Shown one piece after another: positions 24,456-36,516 of a DNA stretch of 64,000 nt. Each line of letters begins with the position of its first letter. Within the stretch, counting starts at the first letter, position 1. The position numbers were made by a program, and so were the translations under genes. Below the pieces are notes generated by a model. The model made no database searches. It was not told where the DNA came from and saw only the letters and a list, made by a program, of their open reading frames with translations. Source of the DNA: Felis catus (lineage: Eukaryota); NCBI RefSeq assembly GCF_018350175.1, contig NC_058368.1, forward strand, positions 235,416,001-235,480,000, in the 5' to 3' direction.

Positions 24456-25967
24456 AAGAGGATGAATTTTATGGTATGTGAATTATATCTTATGTATGTA
24501 TGTATGTATTTAGACTGAGCAGGGGAGGCTCCTCCCTCCCCCAGCACCCTTCCCCACTACAAATCACTTCCATGAGCCGGCCTGTGTTTTCGCGATAGTT
24601 TCCTCTTGTTAATGCGGGGATTGTGGGCAGGTGTCCGGGTCCCTGTGCCATATTCCTCTCACTGGCCAGGTACTCTGTGGCAGAGTGACTCTGTGGTCCA
24701 TCCATCCTTAATGATGCTCAGAGACGTCAAATTCAGTTTTCAGTTCTGCAGAAAGGCTGGCTTTCCTCGAAACAAACTCCCCAGTCGGCTTGAAGGGCTG
24801 AAGATGCCTGATGGGGGATTGAGGTGTCCGGGAGCACAGTGCCAGACCCCGGTGGGCGTCCGCGTCTGACCAACCTCCACGCAGACCCCAGGAAAGACGC
24901 CCGGGGAAGCGGCCCAGAGCGACACGGTTCCATCTGCAACCGATTCTGCAGACGCTTGGAGACAAATCCATCCGAATCCATGAAGAGAAAAAAGAGAGGC
25001 GAGGATGTCCTTGCAGCCGTCTGGGGACGTGAGGGAGGGCCCTGGCGCGTGAGAGCTGAGTGGAGGTCGGATGACTAATACGAAGAGGAAACAAAGATCT
25101 GGAGGCTTCCACAAACAGGGAGGCCCACTGGCCCTGGGGAGGGGGGGTGGGCAGGAGGTGGTGGGGGGCCTGGGAAAAGTGCGCTCGTGTTCGGGCTCAG
25201 CTTTCCCCGATCCCCTCATCACTAACGTCTAGCGCCTTGCCATGGCGCATCACGATACATCCTCCAGAAACGCATTGGCCGGTTAATGGCTTTCCTCAGT
25301 TATTTGCCTTTGAGCTCCTCGCCTCCCTGGCCAAGGATCTGGCTCTCTGGGGACCCACGCAGTTTTCTGCCAGCCGCAAATCTTCAGGAGAGAGGGGGGC
25401 CCCGAGACAGAGCTGCCAAGCCTAATCAACTCTACCACGAATTATGTGAATACAAATCGAAGAGGCAAAATGAAGATGGTTTCGTAAATTTGGACGGTTT
25501 CGAGGCTCCAGGTGGACAATTCGGGATCAGTCATAAAGTACAGGAATTAAAAAAGGAGGCCCCGCCCTAGAAATGGTTTACTATCTTTGAGAGGAAAGGA
25601 AATCCAAGGGGTAGTAGTTTGCCTTTGAGCTCTGAACTCAACTCCGGGAAGTGGCTTACAGAGGTGCCCGGGACAAGGGAAGGGGAAGTTGGGCCAGTTT
25701 CTCCCAGGTCCTGGGTTTGCCAAATCCAGCAGGGACTGTGGGTGCATGGCCACACCCCAGGCTGTGTGAGAACCTCTCCTGCAGCTGAGATCTATGTCGG
25801 TGGGAGCCGCAGCATGCAGAAACCCGGGCAGGGGACGAGGGCAGTGGTGCAGAAATTGGCAGTCGCAAACACGGTGGCCAGTGGCTGTGGCAGGTGGTGC
25901 CAGGCGGGCCCCGGGCAAACTTGGTGCTTCCTTGACTTCTTATAAAAGGGTGAGGACTATTAGGCCA

Positions 25968-26175
25968 TTTTCTAAGAGACAGAGACAGAGAGAGAGAGAG
26001 CGTGCATGAGCAGAGAAGAGGGGCAGAGAGAATCCCAAGCAGGATCCATGCCATCGGTGCAGAGCCCAACGTGAGGCTCAAACCCACAAAACCATGAGAT
26101 CAGGACCTGAGCCAAAATCAAGACTCAGATGCCTAACCAACTGAGTCACCCTCAGTTGGTGACTGAGGGTGCCCC
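25968..26175 (-). mobile_element. Can-SINE (SINEC) with inverted micro-duplication in its head
   Basis: GA tract, aatcccaagcagg, gacctgagccaaaatcaaga. TSD tattaggc. Confidence 0.92.
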
Positions 26176-26269
26176 TATTATTAGGCTCTTAATAGATGTT
26201 TCCATGAGGAGAGAGAAGTAACATTTACTCCCAACGTAAGTCTGTTGTGTAGGTGACCCTCCAGGCTGG

Positions 26270-26935
26270 GCTCGGCCGTCATGAACAACGCCGCCATGAA
26301 TTGGTGGGCGTGTTTTTGTGTGAACAAGTTTTCACTCCTCTTGAATATATGCTAGAAGTGGAGTTGCTAAATTCTATGGTAATTCTATGTTTAACTCGTT
26401 GAAGAATCTCCAAACTGTTTTTCACAGCGGCTACAACACTTGACCTTCCCACCAGAAAGGGTACTAATTTTTGCACATCCTCACCAACAGGTGTTATTTT
26501 GTGTGTGTGTTTTATCGCAGCCAACCTAGAGAGTCTGAAGCACTATCTCTGCAACACTGCAGCGTTGATTTCCATTTCCCTAAAGACCACTGAGGATTAA
26601 CATCTTTTCATGTGTCTATTGGCCGTTGGTATACTTTCTTTGGACTCTGCTCAATTCCTTTGCTGATTTTTAACTTGGGTGATTTGTGTTTTTATTGTTA
26701 ACTAGTTAAGTGTTCTTTATTTATTCTGAATATTAGATAATGCAGATTTACATCTTCTAAGAGTTTTGTAGTTTTAGCTCTTGTATTTAGGTGTTTGAGT
26801 CAATTTTTGCTTTGAGTCAATTTTTGCACATGGTGTGAGGTTGGGGTCCAGTGTCATTCATTCTCACATGCGTATCCACCATCCCGGGGCCATTTGTCGA
26901 GAAGACTGTTCCTTCCCCCATTGAATTGTCTTGGT
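26270..26935 (-). mobile_element. Old LINE-1 (L1M) fragment
   Basis: tatggtaattctatgtttaac, ccaaactgtttttcacagcggct, catcttttcatgtgtctattggcc, catttgtcgagaagactg. Includes a 17-bp tandem duplication tttgagtcaatttttgc at 26794-26827. Confidence 0.85.
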
Positions 26936-29096
26936 TGAAATTTTCTTGTAATTAAAAAAATTGAGATCTATTATCTGAATTATTTTTCTTTCTAAAGTCA
27001 GAGTTTCATAAACTCATTTCTGGGTGGTTTTCACTGAACCTTCATCTCTTAAAATTTTCATTGATTTTAATTGTCATGTTCAAAATTATTTGACAATAGA
27101 ACTGTTGAGTGTTTAAAAATGGTGTGTCTGCTTTAAGAAAACATATTTCACGACTCTGTGTCTTTCTGCATGTGGTACCAATCCCGAAGTGCTCTGGCCT
27201 CCTGTTTAAGACTCCATCCCCATCTCTCCTGTTAGGGGGAAGCCCTCCCAGGCCCTCTCTGTACACCCACCGGCTTCTGGACTTGATGTTTTTCATGCTT
27301 CTATTACCAAAGTGTAAATACTTGTTTCTATTCCTGTTCTTTGCTGCCCTTTGCCTCTGAACAGGAGTCAGCTAAGCCCTCAGGCTGGAAATGGGCACCT
27401 GAGCTTAGACCAAACTTACGCTGGCGATGTTCTCTTAGCATGGCCCAACATGGCTCTCCCTGGGAAAACACTCCTACCCCCTGAGAGCCCTGGGAGTGTG
27501 TGGCATGTCCTCGTGTGTCACAGCTGACGGAGGCCATGGCCGGCATTCAGTTTGGGATAAGAGCACTCACCATTCCCCAATGGGCAGGACCACCATCCGT
27601 GGGCCAGAATTCTCCTCCCCTGATGTAGTGGTGCCTTCTTGGGGAAAACCCAACTTCTCAAGGAAAACTCATCAACTTAACAAAAAATTCCTGGAAATTT
27701 CCTTTACTACTTGTTGAAAAACCATGTAATCAATGCAGGAGAATTAGGATTCCAGGAGAAAAGGGGTCACACTGCCATCAGTGCAGCGAGGCCCTCCATC
27801 CTCTGTGAGGTGCAGTCGCTCTTCAGACATATTTTTCAGATGCTCAGGGCAGTTGGTGGCTCATTCCGTCCTTAGTAGTTTCTCTGCTTCCAGAAATTTC
27901 CTCTCCAGCTTTCTCGCTGGTGCTCCTTACTCTTTCCTCGGTCCTTTGCACGTTGGAAGGAGGGCTTCCTTTGAGGATGGACCTCTGGTTTTGCCCTCAT
28001 GTCCTTCCCAAGCCCCACAACTCAGCTTCCTGACCGGCCAGCCTTCCCTCAGTGGCTGCTGACGTCTCAGCTTGTCCTGGAGCCACTTCCAGCCCCGCCT
28101 CCAGCCACACGGGACTTGTGAGGCAGGTGCCTTCCCACCGCCCCCTCCTCCCCCGTTCCAGCCATGCACCCAGCCCAAGTGCATGCTTCACACGGTGACA
28201 GGTGCTTCTGACATGTTGCTTCCTTTGCTCCTCTTGTGGCCTCAGCCTTTGTCCCGTCCTCCCAGAGCCCGGAATGTTCCACCTACGGTGCCAAGTGGCT
28301 CCTCTTGATGCCTTCACCCAAACCCAACGCCTGCACCACAGTGTCATTCGTATACCCTTTCATGTGAGATGCTCACTGCTTCACACCCGAGAAACTTCTT
28401 TCCTTAATAATTGGAAAGCGGCTCAGGACAGGGGTGGATCACACGCTTATACTAGTTCCTCAAACAGCAGCCCCGTGCACTACACACAGATGGCTAGTGA
28501 TGAACGGGATTGAAAGAACGGATCTACATGCTTACTCAATGTCTGGTATCTTTATCCTTTGTGATTCTGGGGACAACCTTGTCTAATCTCATGGTGTTAT
28601 GGGATATCTGAGGCTCAACTATCTCAACTGTCCTAGGATGGGTAGAACCGGGTGAGAGAGGAAATCAGAGAGAAGGAGGAACTGAGGCTATTCCTGGGGT
28701 GAAAAGTCTCTTGGGCTTTGTGAGCCTAGAAGCCGGAGGCTTTGTGGTCCTGGCATGGAGGACAGACTGCTGATCCCCAGAGTGATGCATGCGCACTCAC
28801 CGCTGGCCCCTGAGCTCTGTGATTTGAGAACATCCACAAAGAACATCTCCTGTGATCTGAACCAGGATGGGGGATCCTGGCAAAGCCAGGGAAGTGGGTT
28901 TTCTTTACGTACAGCTCCACGTCAGGGAAGGTGCATATCTGGTGTCCCTTTGCCACGCCTGCCCCTCACGGAGCCCCAGTTAGGAAGACATGATGGTTGA
29001 GCAGGAGAAAAGGAAGGTGTCCCCAGTGGTTAGTTGTGTTTCCCTTTGTCAGAAGATAGCAACTGAGAGGAGACTCAAAGAGATCGGTGATATGTA

Positions 29097-29307
29097 GGGG
29101 CGCCTGGAGGGCTCCGTCGGTTCAGCGTCTGACTTTGGCTCAGGTCATATCTCATGGTCTGTGAGTCCGAGCCCCACATCGGGCTCTGCGCTGACCGCTC
29201 GGAGCCTGGAGCCTGCTTTGGATCCTGGGTCTCCCTCCCTCTCTGCCCCTTCCCCACTCATGCTCTGCCTCTCTCTCTGTCAAAAATAAATAAACATTAA
29301 AAAAAAG
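29097..29307 (+). mobile_element. SINEC_Fc-type SINE
   Basis: Full-length. TSD agagatc(g/t)gtgatatgt. Confidence 0.95.
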
Positions 29308-29614
29308 AGAGAGATCTGTGATATGTGGACAAAGATGACTTTTCCAAGTGATGAGTCACCACCACTGAGCTGTGGCCACTCTGTCAGAGCCATGTCCCGC
29401 CCTTTGTAGGGCTTCACGTTACAAAGCGTTTCATATTTTTCCCGTATTTACTTTACAGTAGGAAGCCAGACCCCGCCCCTGGCTTCCCCCATTCACGCCC
29501 TTCCCGCTCCCTTCTCCTTCCATGGGTCTGTTCACAGATCTATAACCTGGGCAGTTCCACTTGATTTCAAATAATCCTTATTAAATACTCAGTATTTGTT
29601 AGCCACTTGTATTT

Positions 29615-29766
29615 GTTTTTTAAGTTTCTTTCTTTCTGTCTGTCTTTCTTTCTTTCGCGGGGGGGAGAGTGTGAGTGAAGGGAGGGGCACAGTGAGAGGA
29701 AGACAGAATCCCAAGCAGGCTCCACACTGTCCACCCAGAGCCTGATGTCGGGCTCGATCTCATGAC
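29615..29766 (-). mobile_element. Can-SINE 3' half (head missing)
   Basis: gacagaatcccaagcaggctccacactgtc...gggctcgatctcatgac, then similarity stops. Confidence 0.85.
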
Positions 29767-29869
29767 AGAGGGGCAGGCTGAGAGCGCCGTGGCGGTGAGG
29801 TGGATGCTGGCCTCAGCTCCGGCCGGGGCCACCACTCAGGGTCCTGCCTCCATGTGGGAGCAAGAGGCT

Positions 29870-30053
29870 GCCACGGCCTGACCTTCTCTTCCTCTTCTGA
29901 TGAGGACCTCAGTCTTATGGGATTAAGGCCTCATCCTAGGACCTCATTTAACCTGAATGCCTTCCTCACGGGGCCCATTTCCAGATGCGGCCACGTGGGG
30001 GGTGGTTAGGACTTTCACGTGTGAATCTGGGGGGACACGGTTCCGTCCACAGC
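29870..30053 (-). mobile_element. MaLR LTR fragment (MLT1B-like)
   Basis: ctcttcctcttctgatgaggac...gacctcatttaacc...gaatctggggggacacggttc. Confidence 0.78.
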
Positions 30054-31850
30054 TTGCAGCGTGCTGGGGGAGAGAGTTGTCCAGGGTCCTGGGAGTGGCC
30101 TTGAAGGGGACAGAAGAATGACACAGTACAGCACATTCCACAGCTGCTGAGCTCACTTGAAAACGAGAGACAGTTAAAGCTGAACAAATATCTGGTCCGT
30201 TTCCCCTCAGGCTTGAGCCTAAGCGTAACGATGGGATATTTAGGTGCCCCGGCTCCGGAAGACAGAGACCTACCTGCCCACATCCGTACCTGTAGGAGGC
30301 GCCCTCCAGGGCAGGCAGCTCTGTGGCCCCCGGAGCCCCGACGGGAAGGCATGGCTTTCTGTGTGAAGTAACTCAGGGGCTGGGGGCACTCCACACCGCG
30401 GATCGTGTGCTGAAATGAGTCAGGGCATGTGGCGCTCCGGGGAGATCGTGGACACGGGGTGGCATCCACAGGGGCCCGAGCTCCCGCCGGGGCCCGGCAC
30501 CCACTCGCCTCGTAGCCACAGGACGCATGGGTGCTGTTGAGTCTCCGTCCAGACCGCAGATGAAAACTCACAATCTGCAGACTCAGCAGGAACCCTCTGG
30601 GGTTTTCAGCCCCCAGCTGGGGAGTCAGCCGCCGGGACCAGCCATCCAAACCCCCGAGGTCAGAAGAAGAAATCGCAGTCACGGTGAGTCACAGGCCGGA
30701 AGCTGACTCAGGCGGGATCCCAGGAGCTCTGCCCAGGCCGGTGACCATGGGTGGCCATAGGGTGAGCGTGGCAGGCACGTGGGCTGGGGTACGGCTCCTG
30801 CTGAGGACCTGGGACAGAAGGACCCTCAGTGCTGTCTCTGGGCTCCTCCCTTAGGAGGTGAGCAGGTAGCCCTGGACACCCAGCTCTGGGGTCCCCGCCC
30901 GGCCCCCGGGAGAACTCCAGGGGGCCCTGCTCTGCCCCCCACTTGGAGTCTGGGAGTGTCTGAGCGTACGTGTAAGGGTTTCGCCAGGCATCGCCACGAT
31001 GATCCTTCCAAACTCCCCAGGGCCCTCTTCCAATGGAAGGGAGCACTTCCCTCCCTTCCAGCCAGATGACACGGGCCTGGGTCCTGTTCTCAGGGCTGAC
31101 CCACGACCTCCACTGAAGGATCGGTTTAATCGTAAGTGAAGCGGAAAGGCCAGCGCCTTAGAATTTCTGAGAAACCTGAAAAATCGAATGACTTTTTTTT
31201 TTTTTATGGATAATAAACCCAACTGCCAGAGAGGTGAAATGGCTTGCCCAAGGTCACACTGGGGGTCTTTGCTTCTAGGGCAAAGAGTCACCCCTGAGGG
31301 CAACTCCGCTCCATTCTGTCTGCTCACCGGAGAGAAGCTTCAGGCTGGGCAGGTCGAGGCCGCTGTCCCCGCCGCGAGCCGCAGGCTTCCCTCTTCGGCT
31401 TTAAGACAGGTGTCCAGACTCGGGGGCAGGTGGACGATCACAGAGCAACAGAGGAAAAGGGCAGGCGATGCTGACCCGCCAGTGGGCTCGGGCACCGGCC
31501 TTCCGGGACCCGCCCGCCCGCCTGCCGCCCAGGTGAGGCTGTCGGCGCCGACCCGGCTTTCGGCTCGAGGTAAGACCACGTTCCAGAATGGCTGCCTCTC
31601 CCCCCACCAGGCACCCAGGCTGCCCACGCCCAAGGGAACCAGCGTCGACGCATCTGAGCGTCCGGCACCGGGGGAGGCCACCCCTGACAAGGCAGGTTTT
31701 ACTACGCTGCAAATTGCTCGTGTCTTCGGGAAGATGTCCTTTTAAAGGGCAGGATCCTGTACGGGGGAAGGGGCTGGTGAATTCCGTGGGTGACAGTGTG
31801 ACATCTGGGACCCGGCAGAGGGAACGAGAGCCTCTAAGAACACTCTCTAA

Positions 31851-32030
31851 GGACCACCCGGGTGGCTCAGTCTAGTAAGTGTCTGGCCCTTGGTTTCAGC
31901 TCAGGTCATGATCTTGAAGTTGGTGAGTTCGAGCCCCACGTTGCTTGGGGTTCTCTGACTCCCTCTGTCTCCGCCCCTCCTACATGCCCACACTCTTTCT
32001 CTCAAAACGAATACATAAACTTAAAAGAAA
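31851..32030 (+). mobile_element. Can-SINE (SINEC), internally deleted
   Basis: gggtggctcag...gctcaggtcatgatc...gagttcgagccccac. Degenerate TSD aagaa..ctct.taa. Confidence 0.9.
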
Positions 32031-32424
32031 AAGAATGCTCTTTAACTTCTACGGATACAAAATACATGTGGAAAACAGGCTGATTACTTTTCATGTTTCA
32101 AACGTAATTTGCTGAAATTAATGATATTCGATGTCGGGGCTGCTTTCTATTTGACCTTCAACCTCAGTCTCTTCCTACGATGTTTTCTTGTAAAGGATTT
32201 TGCAAACATTGCCGAATGAGGTGCCTTCTCTTATGTCTACGTGACAGCCGCCTTCCTTCCCGAGATAAAAGTCTGAAAAGCCAGGACGGAAGGAGAGGGC
32301 TCTCGAGGGGCCGGGAGTCTGTCCTGTGGCCCCGAGGGGCTCAGCGGCCGGACGGGCGCTCCCTCCCGGACTTAGGGTTGGACACCATTCCTGGTCGCCA
32401 CCAGCCTTAAGGCGGCAGCCCATG

Positions 32425-32665
32425 CTTTTCTAGATTCCGCCTACAAGCGAGATTGCACAGCATCTGTCTTTCTCTGACTCGTGGCACGTAGCCTAACGCC
32501 CTCCAGCTGATCCACGTGGTTCCAAATAGTGGGATTCCCTTCTTTCTCATGGCTCAGAGTATTCCCTCGTGCGTGTAGACACCTCGTCTTTGTCCGCTCG
32601 CTCACCCATCCGTGGGTGCTTAGGTTGTTCACACGGCCCGGCTGCCGGGGATGGTGTTGCAATGA
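32425..32665 (-). mobile_element. Old LINE-1 fragment (ORF2 end/3' UTR)
   Basis: tttctagattcc, tgtctttctctgac, gattcccttctttctcatggct, cttaggttgtt landmarks. Confidence 0.72.
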
Positions 32666-34273
32666 GAAAGGCCACCCCAGCCACTGGGAGAGGGGACTCC
32701 CGGTGTCCTCAAAGCAGACGACACAGATGCATGTCAGCGTCTAGCTGGCCGGTGCATTCCCCAGCTTCTCGCGAGGTCCCTGTGACTCCCGTCAGCCCAA
32801 TCTTTGGTCACATCCACTCTCGCCCCAGGGATTCGTCAGCAGCTGGGTCAACGAGACCTCCAGGGTCCAGAACCCAGAGTGAGGAGGCCCCTCAGCTGTG
32901 GTTTCCAGGATCAGCTCTTCCTCACTCAGCCCTCAGTGTGGCCCCTAGAAAGGGTGGCAGTGAGTGATGGGCATCTGGGGACCCACTCATGCCTAGAATT
33001 TGGACATTTCCTATGAGGGCTCGTTGGGGGGGATCTTTCCCTCTGCACGGATTCTGACTTCATCCCCACGGGACCTGTGAACTCTGCACCGAGAACTCTC
33101 TTCCAGCTCCAAGTACGGAGATTATATTGGGAACAGACATTTTCAGGAGGAGCTAAGTCAGGTTGCTGAGAAAAATCCCACGCCCGTCACTCCTAAGGAG
33201 AGACTGTCCATCGGCTAGAATTTTCCAGGGCACTGGGGTGGGGGGTGGGTAGAGCAGGGTTCCAGACACGGAGTTGAAGATTCCAGTCCCTGTATGCATC
33301 TCCTGAGTCTGGGAGGCTCCCAGAGTTCCCAGCGGCAGACGTAGGTGCACTGACCTATAGCCCACCATGGCCGGCACGGGACGGATAGGGGGCTTCACAG
33401 GGGGCAGGCTGTGTGTGACGGGGAAGTCGGCGTATCCCCCCACGGTGGGGGGGCCAAGTGGGGTTCACACACACAGCGCCCACCTCTCTGCTTGGCATGA
33501 GCGATGCTAATTAATGTCAAGGCACATACCCCCTGAACCATTTTGTTGCTGAAATGGTGCTGATGAAGGTTCTGGTCAGGGACTAACGCGGGCGAAGATG
33601 GGAAGCGCCCTAACCCCTTCCAGGGCATGTGTGAGGCCAGGCTGGGGGACAGACCCAGAGCAGGACATGCCCAGGTTGACGGCTGCCCCCCTCTGGTCGG
33701 TCCTACCTCTTCGCTTGCTCACCGGCGTCGATCTCCCCCTCCCCTGCCCGTCCCTGTCCTTGTGACACATCGCTTTGATATTTCCCAATGGGACGTGACG
33801 TCCTGGAAGGTGAAGCCACGTCCGCCCGTTTTCGCGCCCTGCACCTGTCCAATGAAGGGTTACTGAAAACAGTAGAAGGGTTACTAGGAATCTGTTTGAA
33901 GGACACAGGTTCGGGGAGAGGCCCCATTGCCTTGGTGGGTCAGGGAGATTCCTGACGTTCGAATAAGCTGCCCGAGGCCCGCAGGATCCCAGCTCGGCGT
34001 CCTCTGGCTGTGGCACCAGCCAAAACCATACACATTTGCAATCCCGACTTCCTGTCTGTAGAACGGGTTTACGATTACTTCCCACACGGGTGGGCTCGTG
34101 TGCCAGCCGAGGCGGTATAGGTTTGCTGTGTTACATCGGCAGCTGGGGCTGTCTGCGAGCGGGGCCGGTTCCGGGAGCGAGCGGGGCCAGCCACGCCAGG
34201 AAACGCGCCTCTGACAGCGGATGTTCCCTGGTGCCCCATCAGGGCTGGTCTATCCCAGGCCCGGGGGGAGTGG

Positions 34274-34676
34274 TGTGCTGGTTAATTTCACACAGCGACT
34301 CGACTGAGCTACGGTTCCCACCCGTTTGGTCAAACGCGAGACTTGGTGTTGCGACGAAGATAGATTTCACAGGCGATTAACATTTAACGGCGAAATCAGT
34401 AGGCTCTGAGTGATCCAGATGGAGCCTCCATAACGTAGGTGGGCCTCACCCAATCAGTTGAAGGCCATAAGAACAAAGAGGGGGGTTTCCCTGAGCAGAA
34501 GGAATTCGGCCTCAAGACTGCGACTCTGCCTGCGTTCCCGCCTTCTGCCCTGCAAACTTTGGCTTTGCCAGCGCCCCCCATAATCATCAGGGAGCCAATT
34601 CCCTAACATAAAGTTCTCTTCTCTTCCTGTATAACACCTGTTGTTTCTGTTTCCCTAGAGACCGCTGCCTAATAAA
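34274..34676 (+). mobile_element. ERVL solo LTR (MLT2C/D-like)
   Basis: tgtgctggttaattt...tttggtcaaac...gtgggcctcacccaatcagttgaaggcc...gagccaattcc...tctgtttccctagaga. Confidence 0.88.
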
Positions 34677-34949
34677 GCAGGGAACACAGGGTCAAGGGTC
34701 ACCCTTGAACGGACTGGGGCACCGCCCACCCCACACTGGCCACCTCCATCACCAGTCACCTGCCGTCTTCCCCAGAGCCTCCTCAGTGAGGGGCACTATG
34801 AGACCAGCTTCAGCACGTTCTGTTGGATTCCAGGGCCCCAGCTCTCTGTCCCTGGACCAGTTCCCCACCTCCGTGCCCGCCCGGGGATCTCAGGTGCAAA
34901 ACTCGTGAGGAATCGTGAGCAGGTCAGAAGCAAGTGGTACAATATAAAA

Positions 34950-34955
34950 TTTATT
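34950..34955 (-). terminator. Polyadenylation signal AATAAA of ADAMTS16
   Basis: Minus strand reads ATATTTATATTTGCTGAAGTTTTATAATAAATTTTATATTGTACC, with U-rich context and an upstream TGTA near 35005-35008. Confidence 0.8.
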
Positions 34956-35957
34956 ATAAAACTTCAGCAAATATAAATATCTCGGTGCCCATTCCGAATG
35001 GAGCTACAGCCTAGGAAAAGAGAACAGAAAGCAGCACCAGCAGCGGGCAGGGTGTCGGGGGCCCGCTGTGCACCTTTCAACCGGAAATGCTGGCCTTCTC
35101 TCCACCCGGTCTTGCAAAACCACCGCAACTCACGGAAAGAAGTTTAAAACCAGCACGACACACAGAAACGAGACCTGGGGTTCTGAGGGGTGCACGTCAG
35201 CTGGCGTCTGTCCGGGGAGGACCGACCACAACCTCATCAGGACAGCGGGGTTTGGGTGTCACGGGTCACCAGGCGGCTCTGGTAGAACCTGTAATTAATT
35301 CTATTGTTTTGGGAGAGAAACGCAGGAAGGAATGAGTTGAACAGAAAAACACTCACTTGTAAATACCTGGGAAGGACAGAACAGAGGATACAGAAGTCCT
35401 CTCCTCCAGCTCAGGAGTCTGAAAGGGAGGGAAGCACCTTAGCACGATTTCATGTCTCCTGTTTCCAGGGCAAAGTCTGTGATGGGGACACAGAGTCGGG
35501 AGCCCGGCCTCTCCCCGGCAGGGCGGCACCCCTCAGAGGCGACACCCAGCTCTCGTCCCAGCAGCGGGTCCCAGCAAAGAGAAGCTCGCTGCTGGGGCAG
35601 GCCGAGGCGGCCCTGGGGACACCGCCCGGGAGCTGTCCCCGCCAGCTGCTTCTCCAGAGGGAGGTCGGTTGTTCCAGACCTTGGGAAGGGGCCTCCTCGG
35701 CGGGAGGGAGGCCGGCATGCCTAGGGGCAGAATTTCTTCACTTATTCCTAATTCCACGGCCTTTCCTTCTTTTTCCAAAGCACCACACATTTAGCGTTTA
35801 CCAAGTTCAGCTCCTTCCGTCTTTTTGACCTGATTCAGCTGGAGCACAAGGGGGAGTGGGCATCACTGTGGGTCTGCAGCGTGGGCCTCCTGCCTGCCTC
35901 CATGCTTCAACCGAAAACTTGTGTGCGCGTGTGCCCATGCATGCATTCAGACCCACG

Positions 35958-36001
35958 ATGTGCACACACACACACACACGCACGCGTGCGTGCACGCACA
36001 C
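35958..36001. repeat. Alternating purine-pyrimidine (CA/CG/TG) tract in the 3' UTR
   Basis: atgtgcacacacacacacacacgcacgcgtgcgtgcacgcacac. Confidence 0.9.
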
Positions 36002-36141
36002 TCTGTCCCGACAGATGGCTGAACACAGTTCTCCCAGCTTCGATCTCCTCTGGCCGAGTTCCGATGCACACCGCACAGCTGATGGGGGCTGAAGACGCAG
36101 CACCCCTCGCCTTCTCCGCCCTGGAAGGGGCCCCCCGGGCC

Positions 36142-36257
36142 TCACAGGTTGGACGCAGAGCAGGTCTTGCAGCACCGCTCGCCGTAGAACTGGTGGCTGC
36201 ACATCCCCTGCCGGGGCGCCAGGGGGCACCAGGGGAAGTGGTCTCGGCAGGCGTGGT
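36142..36257 (-). CDS. ADAMTS16: ADAMTS16 last coding exon (PLAC domain, stop codon)
   Basis: Acceptor ctgcttttcag|AC completes a phase-1 GAC codon. Reads (D)HACRDHFPWCPLAPRQGMCSHQFYGERCCKTCSASNL then TGA (tca at 36142-36144). Six-Cys PLAC pattern ending CCKTC. This frame is not in the supplied ORF track. Confidence 0.95.
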
Positions 36258-36516
36258 CTGAAAAGCAGCAGATGCCGCGTTAGCTGGTGTCCCGGGGCGG
36301 GGGGGGGGGGGGTCCCACGGGCGCTGAAGCTGCTGAGGGCATCCCTGCAGGGGACACTCACCGTGAGCCATTTTGGGGCAAATGGGAGGCGGGCATGGGA
36401 AGCGGGGAATGGCGTAGCAGGTACCCCACGTCTCAGGCCCACTAGGAACCGCTCCGGAAACCTGACAGCGCCACCCCCGAAAAGCCAGGGCCAAGCTGAG
36501 GGGCCCGGACACTCAC

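Larger units (their letters stand above)
23160..24490 (+). mobile_element. Old LINE-1 3' portion (L1MB-like) interrupted by two SINEs
   Basis: aaactcctggaagaaaacata, gaccttggattag, tggtacagc, gacccagctattc and terminal gaattttatggtatgtgaattatatct. Confidence 0.82.
34930..36141 (-). other. ADAMTS16: ADAMTS16 3' UTR (about 1.2 kb; 3' end approximate)
   Basis: Sequence between the stop codon and the first minus-strand AATAAA I found, which sits in an AT-rich patch of otherwise GC-rich DNA. Confidence 0.75.

Noticed and set aside
34671..34676. Plus-strand AATAAA near the ADAMTS16 3' end
   Set aside because: Wrong strand for ADAMTS16, and it is the mutated terminus of the MLT2 LTR.
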